This document shows, piece after piece, positions 13,501 through 22,837 of a stretch of 64,000 nt of DNA. This DNA is from Azolla caroliniana. Its lineage: Eukaryota; Plantae; Polypodiophyta. The DNA is taken from positions 2,728,001 to 2,792,000 of the forward strand of contig JBHGNT010000022.1 in assembly GCA_043228905.1 (NCBI GenBank), read 5' to 3'. The notes beneath the pieces were generated by a model. The model searched no databases and was not told the DNA's origin. It saw nothing but the letters and a program-made list of their open reading frames with translations. The position numbers and the translations under genes are program-made. Position 1 is the stretch's first letter. Each line of letters begins with the position of its first letter.

Positions 13501-13601
13501 CTAATTGAAGAGATACTACTACCAGAGTCTAATAGGATGGTGTGTGTGGAGTGATTAATGGTGGTGAGAGTGGTGCATACCTGTGAACTAGAAGAGGCGG
13601 A
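10572..13601 (-). pseudogene. Element A pol remnant (protease LLDSGS, RT YLDDILI, RNase H QTDAS, integrase SDQG/YHPQTN)
   Basis: ORF fragments 13607-12729, 12683-12366, 12356-11829, 11606-11274 and 11219-10572. Confidence 0.9.
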
Positions 13602-13954
13602 TGTCACGGATCATAAACTCAAGAGACAACCAAGAAGATAACCAAATGGACAAGAAAGAAGATAGTACTAAAGGAAAGACTCCATAACTGGTGTTGTTCA
13701 CCTTGAATTCCTTCAAGGTGAACTCCTCTATTTATACTACATGGCATGCACACTTGTTGCACGCATGTGAATCTACAATAGAGCATGTAGGTATGCATGC
13801 ATGTGCCAAGTGTAAATACTACAAGGGAGCAACTATGCACATGATGCTAGCAAAATAATAAGGACCAATTACATACATAACTAGTACTAGATATCTTGGT
13901 TAACTCATTATAGTAGATTATAACATGGTCGTGTCAAGAGTTCGAATCTTGACA
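13602..13954 (-). repeat. 3' LTR of element B
   Basis: TGTCA...TGACA; matches 28404-28756. Confidence 0.95.
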
Positions 13955-16118
13955 TTATCCCCCCTCTTACGCCGCCTTCCCAAATCGGCCGCTGGTTTGT
14001 GGGGATATCGGTGATGAAAATCTTGGACGACCTCTGGGGCATTTTGTAAATTTGCCGATGGTTCCCATGTGGCCTCAGACATGGGGTAACCCCTCCATAG
14101 GACGAGGTATTGCAAGTGTCGACGGTGCCAACGCGAGTCAAGGATTTGGTCGACCTCGTATTCCTCCCCTGTCATCAATTGCACAGGTGGTGGTGGTGGG
14201 GCTTGACGTCCTGGGAGTTGTGAAGCATAATGGGGTTCGAGGAGGGAGACATGAAAAACATCGTGAATCCGGAAGTGGGATGGAAGGGCGAGCCGGAAGG
14301 CGACGGGATTGATGCACTCGATGATACGGAATGGTCCCAACTTCTTGTAATCAAGTTTCGCACATGGACGAGTAGTAGAGATGTGTCGACGTAACAACCA
14401 GACCATGTCTCCAACGACAAAGTGTGGAGTGGAAGATCGATGGCGATCAGCCTGCTTCTTGTATCGTTCATTAGCAAGACTAAGCTCCAAGGATAAATCA
14501 TGATGTACTTCTTCCAAAATGCGGGCACGATCCTCCGCCGAAGGGTTCACGGAAGTGGTAGGAAGGGAAATGTTGAAGCGAGGATGTAAACCGTAGTTGG
14601 CAAAGAAGGGAGTGACGCCAGTCGATGCATGGAGAGAATTATTGTAGGCGAATTCCGCGAGCGAAAGTAAGTTGACCCAATCATCTTGTTGGTAACTAAC
14701 CGAGCACCGAAGATACTGCTCAAGGATTTGGTTGACACGCTCCGTTTGCCCGTCAGTTTGGGGGTGATAAGCGGAGGACAACTTGACAGAGATGCCTAAA
14801 GTTTGTAGCAGGCGCTGCCAGAAGTGAGAGACAAACTGGGGTCCGCGATCCGAGATGACATCATCAGGGAGTCCATGCAAGCGTACTACATTGTTGAGTA
14901 GGAGATGCACCATTCCTTCTCCGGAAATGGTTTTGGAGCATGGAGTGAAGTGAGCCATCTTCGTAAACCGATCGACAACGACCAACACCGAGTCATAGCT
15001 ATTGACCAAGGGTAGATCAGTTATCAGGTCCATAGAGATAGAGGCCCAAGGACGACGAGGACATGGAAGCGGCTGTAGTAAGCCGTATGGCCGATGATGA
15101 ATGGCTTTGGAGCGAGCACAAACCTCACAACTCTTTATGTATTCTTTGACCAGCTTCCATGATTGTGGCCACCAATACCCCCGAGAGATTAGCTCGAGGG
15201 TTTTCGCGACCCCAAAATGACCTGCAAGTGGGTCATCGTGGCATTCCCGCAACACCCGGGTGCGACATGGGCCCTCTGGGACGTATAAGAGATGATCTCG
15301 GAACAACAAACCCTCTTGTATGGTGAAGGTGTCAAGATCCTTCCTTTTGGTCGCCTTGGAGGGGTTTTGCAGACTATCTCGAATCTCGTTGGCGAACGCA
15401 TCGGTCTTGGATGCATCAGTGATTTGTTGGAGTAAAGAATCATCCTGCAACATACAAGTGGCAAACATATGCAATTGGTCGGGTTTCAACAAACGTCTAG
15501 ATTGTTGAGCATAAGCAGCATCCCCAGGGCGGAGTGCAAGGTCAGCTCGGCGAGAAAGGGCATCAGCCTTCCCATGTTGGCCACCAGGTCGAAATACAAT
15601 CTCAAAATCGTAGTCAGCGAGAAATGTAGACCAACGGGCCTGCCTTCGATTCAAAGTACGAGTGGTGGAAAAATAAACTAAATTTTTATGATCAGTCACT
15701 ACCTGGACACGATGTTGTGCGCCGGCCAAGTAGGGTCGCCATTCTTCAAAGGCAGCAATGATAGCAGCAAGCTCCTTGTCGTAAATGGGATAATTGATTT
15801 CGGATGCCGTAAATTTTCGGGAATAGTAAGCCACTGGGTGCATTAGGTTGTTGTCGTCTGCTTGGGATAAGATGGCGCCAATGGCAAAGTCAGAGGCATC
15901 GGTTTCGACTTGGAAGGGTTTTGTGGGGTCGGCATGTAGCAGCACCGGGGCAGTGATGAATGCGTGTTTGAGTGAGTCGAACGCATTTTGTGCCTCCGAG
16001 GTCCATAAAAATGGAGTGCCTTTATGGGTGAGAGCGATAAGAGGTTGTGCTAGGGTGGAAAACCCCTTGATGAAGCGACGGTAAAAATTTGCGAAGCCGA
16101 GGAAGGATTGCACATCTT
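13918..16118 (-). CDS. Element B pol, 3' part (RT connection, RNase H, integrase, chromodomain)
   Basis: VQSFLGFANFYRRFI, VETDAS, HHCC zinc finger, ISDRG, YHPQTDGQTER, LGPF, EEYEVDQILDSR...YLVLWRGY...TWEP; frame open, stop lies inside the 3' LTR. Confidence 0.92.
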
Positions 16119-16529
16119 TGTTACCGGCCGGCAAGGAGTCCAAAATACGGAATTAATTATATATGGTTGTAAATGAGGATAGTGTGGACGGACGGACTGG
16201 AAACGGTATGCCGTTCCAGATCCGGACGGATCCCGAATAGGTGCGAGGGGCACCGTTTTGTACTACGGGCCGGAAACCTATTTAAAGGCCCGGACCCTAT
16301 TGTAATGACAGCGGATAATTAATAGAGCTTATGATGTTTGTACTTCTGTCTTGATTTCCGTTCTGTAATCACTGTTATATCTTACGCGTGTAATTAACCA
16401 AGCAATCTAATCGTGTAACCTACGTAAGTCGGTGTAATCGTTGAATCTTAATCCTATGCCGTAATCACCCTTTGGTGAAGTGTCTCCGTGACACCTTGTG
16501 TTAAGCCTTGTCCGGCTAAGCGAATAACA
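16119..16529 (+). repeat. 5' LTR of element C
   Basis: TGTTA...TAACA; matches 25569-25979. Confidence 0.95.
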
Positions 16530-16535
16530 CAGTTT

Positions 16536-16545
16536 TGGCGACCAC
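16536..16545 (+). other. Primer-binding site of element C, tRNA-Arg(UCG)-type
   Basis: TGGCGACCAC is complementary to ...GUGGUCG-CCA, the plant tRNA-Arg 3' end as recalled. Confidence 0.65.
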
Positions 16546-16580
16546 GATTCCTGCTTTCTCGCAGCGAACGACGGTAATGG

Positions 16581-19500
16581 ATGACTAGACCAACGCACGA
16601 CTTGGTTACAGACCGAGCTCGACGCATCGCCGAACGGCAAAGACGGCGTGAGACTTTCCAGCAAGCAGCGCAGGAAATTCGCTCGGATCGTTCGTTCTCC
16701 AACGAGATCCGGAGAGTCGCGGAGGAATCTCTCCGGTTACGGCAAACTCGCAACCAGGACGACGGAAGCAGTCTAAGTAGTCTCCGGGAAACCGAACGAC
16801 TCCTGGAGGCGCTGGCAAGCGGAGAAAACGAGGCAGAAGCCTTTTCAGCCTACGAATCAGATTCCGAAGGGGGATACAGCGTGCACACGAACTACCGGAG
16901 CAGCAACGATACCCCCGGCGGCCCGGAAGACGACGGATCGGATACCGTGCCGACCCCAGAACCGGAACCGCTCAACCAGGGCTACCCGGAACCGCACACG
17001 GAAGCCGTCAACCCACCAACACCGGAAGTGGAAGAAGCAAAGCCACCAACACCAACGAAAGGGCCGGCAAAGGTACCGGAAGAAGAGCCGGAAAAAGAAC
17101 CCGAAAAAGGACCGGCAAAAGAACCGGAAGTGGAACCGGAGAACGTACCGGAAAAATATCAACAAACGCCACTAAACCGTAGCTTAATACTAGACGACGA
17201 CATGCCGTTCCAATACTCAAAGTACCGCGATGATCCGGATGCGGAAGCGCATGTGGATGACTTCGAGCAGACATGGGAAGCAAATCACACGTCCCAGCGA
17301 ATGACACCGGAGGAAGAAGAACGCTCGAAGATAGCGGAATTCGGAGTCACGTTGGAGGGACCAGCGACACGATGGCGGCGGTCGCAGGACCCGGCGACCA
17401 TCACAACATTTGCGGAATTAAAAGCAAAATTCTTGCATTTTTTCCACAAGGAGGTCGACCAGACGACAATGGTGGGCCTGTTTTATACGATCCGGCAGGA
17501 GGCAGGGGAAAGCATTCCCCAATTCGTCATCCGTTTCCAACGAATGCATAGCCAGCTTGCCCGTGCACCCCCGGAGGAGGAATTACGGACGATATTTTTA
17601 AACGCACTCCGGGAACCGTTACGCACGGTGTGTACGGTAATCGACTTTCGAGGATGCACCATCGACCAGGTCATTGACCGGGTCAGAGAAATGGAAAAGA
17701 CAAGCTCATGGCTTACGCTGGGAACACTGCAACGGGCGTTACCCACCGAGGAAGATCTCCGGTTCCGGCAGGCAATTCAATGCACAATCTGCTTGAATGC
17801 CGGACACTCGGCAGTAGAGTGCACCATGCGCACTCAGTGTGTGATTTGTCAATCCAAGAGTCATACAACGGACCGGTGCGAGTACAACCTGTTAAATCGA
17901 CAAGCACCACCCGTCCGACGGATCGAGCCAAGAAGCAGCCGAGACGAAGATGACGATCGTTGGCAAAGAGGGAACCGGTACCCACCGGCACAGGATGTCC
18001 GGTACGGAGACAGGCAAGAGAATGATGGCCGGTACGGGAATCGGCGTGATAACTACGACCGGTATGAGCGGTCGGACCGTTATCGAGAGCCCAACAGGCG
18101 ACACGAGCAATACGACAGAGACCATTCGCCTAGTTACCGACGGCACCAGGAGGACTATGGCCGATTTTACGATCCACCACGACCGGACTACCGAAATAAG
18201 AATAAGAATAATAAGAAACGTAATTTCAAGAAAGGTGGTCACCCCAGGGACCCGGAACATGGAACACCAAGGAGCCAACCGGCACAGAACGCACCGCTCG
18301 CTACGGGACCGACGCCGGCTACCAGCAATGCTGAATCCAGCAATACCCGTAAAGAGTACTGCTACTACTGCAGGCAGGAAGGCCACTACAGTAACCAGTG
18401 CCCGGTAAAGAGCTACGAGAAACGACCAGCAGTTAATATGGTGGTTCCAGAAGTGGCGGATTTACAGCAAGTAACCACACGGTCGAGGGGCATGGCCAAA
18501 GAGTGGGAAACACAAGAGGCCATACGAAAACAAGCGACGGAATGGGTGAAGGAAGCCAATGAAAAGAACGTCGCTGACGCGGAACGGCAAAAGGCAAATA
18601 GCATAGGGAGTGCCGGCGGTAGCCACCCAGAAAACGAGACATGGCAAGCACTGCAAGAATGTCAGATCACGTTGCCGCTAGGAAGACTCTTACAGCTCGT
18701 GCCGCGATTTACGGAAGGGCTAAAAACGGGCATGTCAGACGGCATAGCCCCACCGGCACCAGTCCTCTTCTCAAACCCGGAGGAGGGACCAACGGTAGTG
18801 GACACTAGCAGTCCGGTGATTACAGCTATTGTCAAAGGGCACGAACTTCCCGGCACCGTAATCGATGGAGGTTCCGGGGTGAACGTAATAAGCCTCCGTA
18901 CGTGTGATGCCTTGGGAATACATGAATGGGAGCCATGCCCGTTCTGGCTACGGATGGCGGATACAAGTTCGGTACGGCCGACGGGCTTAATACGGAAATT
19001 GGAAGTCACCATAGGAGGCCACACATTTCACATCTCGGCTGTCGTGCTACAGCTACAGGCGCAAGGCGCGTACCCACTATTGCTGGGCAGACCATGGTTG
19101 AAAACAGCACACATCAAGCAAAATTGGCGAAAAAATATGATTACCTTCCGGCGCGGAAAAGCCAAGGTCCGGGTACCGACACAACCACGGACGAGCAACG
19201 GTAAGGAATGCACACCGTTGTATGCGGAATGTGTGAACATGCTTGAAGGATTGGCAGATGACGAAGAAGCCCAGTACTTGGAGGAACATCCGAAGATCGT
19301 ACCACTCTTCGAGATTGATGTAGCTGAAGCCGTAGCCGCATACTTGCCGCAGCGGGACGACACCGAAGCCGAACCAGACAAAGATGCGATTCGGGAATTA
19401 CGGCAAGCACAGGAAGCGTTGGAACGGGAAATGGCCGTTTCCCAACGGGTAAAAGCATCCCAGCTCGACGAAGTGAACCTAGGAAGCAAGGACGAATCAA

Positions 19501-22445
19501 AGCCGGTTCACATCGCCAAAGAAATGAAGCCGGAAGATAAAGCGGCGATGATCAAACTGCTTACGGAGTTTCGCGACGTATTCGCCTGGTCATACGAAGA
19601 CATGCGAGGGCTGGACCCTCAATTATATCAGCATCAAATCCACTTAGGCAAGGACGCGAAACCAGTGGCGCAACGACGATACCGAATGAACCCCAACTAC
19701 GCCGCCAAAGTAAAAGAGGAAATCGACAAACTCCTAAGAGTGGGCTTCATCCGGCCGGTAAAGAAAGCGACGTGGCTGAGCCCCATCGTCGTCGTCCCCA
19801 AGAAAAACGGTAAAATCCGTGTGTGTGTTGATTACAGGAAACTAAATGCCGCCACAATTACGGATGCATTCCCTCTTCCGTTCACGGACGGAGTACTGGA
19901 TGCCGTCGCCGGTCATGAAGTTTATAGCTTTTTAGACGGGTTCAGCGGGTACAATCAAATCCGGATGCACCCGGACGACCAGGAAAAGACAGCGTTCGTC
20001 ACCGAATGGGGGGTGTTTGTGGCCGAAGTCATGATGTTCGGTCTAAAAACGGCACCAGCAACGTTCCAGCGAATCATCATGGAGATCTTCGGCGAATACA
20101 TTCCTGCCTTCATGCAAGTTTTCCTGGATGATTTTGCAGTCTATAGCCGGGGAAAAGACCATTTGCAGCACCTACGGTTATGCCTTGAAAAGTGCAGGTT
20201 ATACCGGCTAAGCTTAAACCCAGCAAAATGCATCTTTGGGGTTTCAAGTGGAATATTGCTGGGACACATCGTAAGTAAGGAGGGCATTGCGGTCGACCCG
20301 GACAAAGTAAACGCCATACTAGGGGCACCGGCACCGAAAACAGCCAAAGCACTAAGCCGATTCTTAGGACAAATCCGGTGGCACAGCCGGATGCTCCGTC
20401 ACTTGGCTGATTTGGCTACACCACTACACACCGCGGTACATCGGACACCGTTCCAATGGACGGATACGGAGGATAAGGCATACAATGCCCTGAAGGTACT
20501 TTTATCGCAAGCACCCGTCGTGCAGCCTCCGGATTGGAGCAAGGAATTTCACGTGTTCGTGGACGCGTCCGACATCGCTATTGGCAGCGCCTTAATGCAG
20601 CTTACGGAGCCCAAATGGTACCGGCCGGTATATTACGCCAGCCGGAAGCTGTCCCAAGCGGAGAAGAACTATTCAACGACGGAACGGGAGGCCCTCGGCA
20701 TGATCTACAGTGTCACAAAGTTTCGTCACTACCTATTGGGAAGGAAGTTCTCCTTCCATGTGGATCACTCGGCGCTCCTCTACTTAGTTTCCAAGGCGTC
20801 CCTGACCGGTAAGTTGGCCCGTTGGACCTTGCTGTTGCAGGAGTTCGAATTCGAGATTTTCCACCGGCCCGGTATCCAGCATGCCGTAGCAGACTACCTG
20901 AGCCGGTTAGAGTCCGGAGAACCAGGCGACGGAGTAGCGGATGAATTTCCGGACGCGGAGTTATTCCGTATCACCCCGGAAACGGCAGCGGACGACACGG
21001 TGGCATCAGAAGATAAATGGCTGACAAACATGCACCAGTTCCTAAGCACGGGCCTGCCACCGGAGGAAATGAACCGGGACGAGAGGAAACGACTGGCGGT
21101 GCAGAGCCGCAATTTCTGTCTGTTACGGGACACTCTCTACCACAAAGGAGCAGATGGAATATGGAGACGGGCAGTCCGTAGTGACGAGAAAGAAGTAATC
21201 TTACGGGAAGCACACTGTGGGGTTGCCGGAGGACACTATGCCGGGGATGCGACGGCGAGGAAGGTATGGCAGAGTGGCTTATGGTGGCCTACGACGCTAA
21301 AAGATGCCGTCAAGTATGCTAAGGAATGTGACCTATGCCAACGAATGGGCCAGCCTACGGAGCAAGCACGGATGCCACACCAACCGGTACTTCCACTAGA
21401 GCCATTCCAGAAGTGGGGGTTGGATTTTGTCGGACCGTTCAAGCCACCGGCAATGAGAACGGGTAATCGTTATGTCATCGTGGCAACGGATTATTGCACA
21501 AAATGGGTGGAAGCTAAGGCCCTGAGAGACAACACCGCGTCATCCACAGCAAAATTCCTGTACGAAAACATTTGGTGCCGATATGGATGTCCGATTGAAC
21601 TGATCAGCGACCAAGGAGGGCATTTCCTCGGCCAGGTAGTGGAAAGCTTAACAACGTTCTATGCCGTGGTGCATAAAAGAAGCACACCGTACTACCCACA
21701 GGCGAACGGGTTGGCGGAATCCACCAACAAAACGCTGCAGAACATTCTCCGCAAAATCGTCAACGAAAACCGGACGGACTGGGATACAAAGCTCAATAGC
21801 GCGCTATGGGCGTACAGAACGGCATACAAAACAAGTATCCGGACAACACCGTTCCGGTTAGCATTCGGCTTGGAAGCGGTCATGCCGGTCGAGTTCCAGG
21901 TACCAAGCTTACGGATCCAACTACGGGAACGGCTGAATGAAAAGAAGTCGGAGGAAATGCGGCTAGCAGCACTATGCGAACTGGAGGAGCAACGGCTGGC
22001 CAGCATCCTCCACATGGAACTGGAGCAACGACGACGGAAAGCGTTCGTTGACCGTCACCGAAAAGGTAACGAAAAGATGTTCGAAATCGGAAAGCCGGTT
22101 CTAGTCTTCCAAACGAGGATGGGCAAAATGCCGGGTAAACTCCGGTTCAGATGGACAGGCCCGTATTGGCTGACACGGGAATACAACGGGTCCTATCAGA
22201 TAGGGACACTTGCCGGTGAAGTACTAGGCAAGTGGGTAAACGGATTTCGACTAAAACCCTATAAAGGACCGATGCCAAAGAACCCGTTTATGCAGCTCAC
22301 CGGCACTACACCAGGAACCTGTCCGGGATCGGTACGGATCGATCCGGAAGAAAGAGACGACGGGGAACCCGTAGCAGAGACAAAGGAAGACACGGCAACC
22401 CGTAAGGAAAACGGTCAGGGTCCGAAGGGACCTACGGATGTGTAA
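16581..22445 (+). CDS. Element C single-frame Gag-Pol polyprotein (1954 aa)
   Basis: Three CCHC knuckles, protease IDGGSGVN, RT CVDYRKLN/FLDD, RNase H VDAS, integrase WGLDFVGP/ISDQG, GPY motif; no chromodomain; uninterrupted. Confidence 0.96.
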   Translation: MTRPTHDLVTDRARRIAERQRRRETFQQAAQEIRSDRSFSNEIRRVAEESLRLRQTRNQDDGSSLSSLRETERLLEALASGENEAEAFSAYESDSEGGYSVHTNYRSSNDTPGGPEDDGSDTVPTPEPEPLNQGYPEPHTEAVNPPTPEVEEAKPPTPTKGPAKVPEEEPEKEPEKGPAKEPEVEPENVPEKYQQTPLNRSLILDDDMPFQYSKYRDDPDAEAHVDDFEQTWEANHTSQRMTPEEEERSKIAEFGVTLEGPATRWRRSQDPATITTFAELKAKFLHFFHKEVDQTTMVGLFYTIRQEAGESIPQFVIRFQRMHSQLARAPPEEELRTIFLNALREPLRTVCTVIDFRGCTIDQVIDRVREMEKTSSWLTLGTLQRALPTEEDLRFRQAIQCTICLNAGHSAVECTMRTQCVICQSKSHTTDRCEYNLLNRQAPPVRRIEPRSSRDEDDDRWQRGNRYPPAQDVRYGDRQENDGRYGNRRDNYDRYERSDRYREPNRRHEQYDRDHSPSYRRHQEDYGRFYDPPRPDYRNKNKNNKKRNFKKGGHPRDPEHGTPRSQPAQNAPLATGPTPATSNAESSNTRKEYCYYCRQEGHYSNQCPVKSYEKRPAVNMVVPEVADLQQVTTRSRGMAKEWETQEAIRKQATEWVKEANEKNVADAERQKANSIGSAGGSHPENETWQALQECQITLPLGRLLQLVPRFTEGLKTGMSDGIAPPAPVLFSNPEEGPTVVDTSSPVITAIVKGHELPGTVIDGGSGVNVISLRTCDALGIHEWEPCPFWLRMADTSSVRPTGLIRKLEVTIGGHTFHISAVVLQLQAQGAYPLLLGRPWLKTAHIKQNWRKNMITFRRGKAKVRVPTQPRTSNGKECTPLYAECVNMLEGLADDEEAQYLEEHPKIVPLFEIDVAEAVAAYLPQRDDTEAEPDKDAIRELRQAQEALEREMAVSQRVKASQLDEVNLGSKDESKPVHIAKEMKPEDKAAMIKLLTEFRDVFAWSYEDMRGLDPQLYQHQIHLGKDAKPVAQRRYRMNPNYAAKVKEEIDKLLRVGFIRPVKKATWLSPIVVVPKKNGKIRVCVDYRKLNAATITDAFPLPFTDGVLDAVAGHEVYSFLDGFSGYNQIRMHPDDQEKTAFVTEWGVFVAEVMMFGLKTAPATFQRIIMEIFGEYIPAFMQVFLDDFAVYSRGKDHLQHLRLCLEKCRLYRLSLNPAKCIFGVSSGILLGHIVSKEGIAVDPDKVNAILGAPAPKTAKALSRFLGQIRWHSRMLRHLADLATPLHTAVHRTPFQWTDTEDKAYNALKVLLSQAPVVQPPDWSKEFHVFVDASDIAIGSALMQLTEPKWYRPVYYASRKLSQAEKNYSTTEREALGMIYSVTKFRHYLLGRKFSFHVDHSALLYLVSKASLTGKLARWTLLLQEFEFEIFHRPGIQHAVADYLSRLESGEPGDGVADEFPDAELFRITPETAADDTVASEDKWLTNMHQFLSTGLPPEEMNRDERKRLAVQSRNFCLLRDTLYHKGADGIWRRAVRSDEKEVILREAHCGVAGGHYAGDATARKVWQSGLWWPTTLKDAVKYAKECDLCQRMGQPTEQARMPHQPVLPLEPFQKWGLDFVGPFKPPAMRTGNRYVIVATDYCTKWVEAKALRDNTASSTAKFLYENIWCRYGCPIELISDQGGHFLGQVVESLTTFYAVVHKRSTPYYPQANGLAESTNKTLQNILRKIVNENRTDWDTKLNSALWAYRTAYKTSIRTTPFRLAFGLEAVMPVEFQVPSLRIQLRERLNEKKSEEMRLAALCELEEQRLASILHMELEQRRRKAFVDRHRKGNEKMFEIGKPVLVFQTRMGKMPGKLRFRWTGPYWLTREYNGSYQIGTLAGEVLGKWVNGFRLKPYKGPMPKNPFMQLTGTTPGTCPGSVRIDPEERDDGEPVAETKEDTATRKENGQGPKGPTDV

Positions 22446-22470
22446 GGTCACACACCGTCATTAAAGATTG

Positions 22471-22509
<39 letters not shown>

Positions 22510-22837
22510 ATCATTAAAAATCGAGGTATGAACGGGTGTGAAAGCGAGGCGCGAAAAGGTACGTAGTGGGCATTTAAGAGACGCCACGCTACTTAATACT
22601 AAATTGGTACACGACGTGTGCATGCTCGAAAAAGGCGCCAAAACGCACAAAGAAGAAGCAGAACGCATGGAGACCTTTTCATTTCGAGAGCCAAGAAGCA
22701 CAGAAGCACCAAGACAGTGGAAGCTGAACAAACGCGAACCTGCACGCAGAGAACCCCCGCGCTCAGAACGTTCTCTCTCTCGCTCTCACTCTCATCACCA
22801 CTCTACCTCGCCATCTTCCCTCGACCTTGAAGCAGAC

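Noticed and set aside
16119-16143. N-terminus MDSLPAGN of the 741-aa ORF as a real start
   Set aside because: It is read from the antisense LTR of element C; true B pol continues from 25980.
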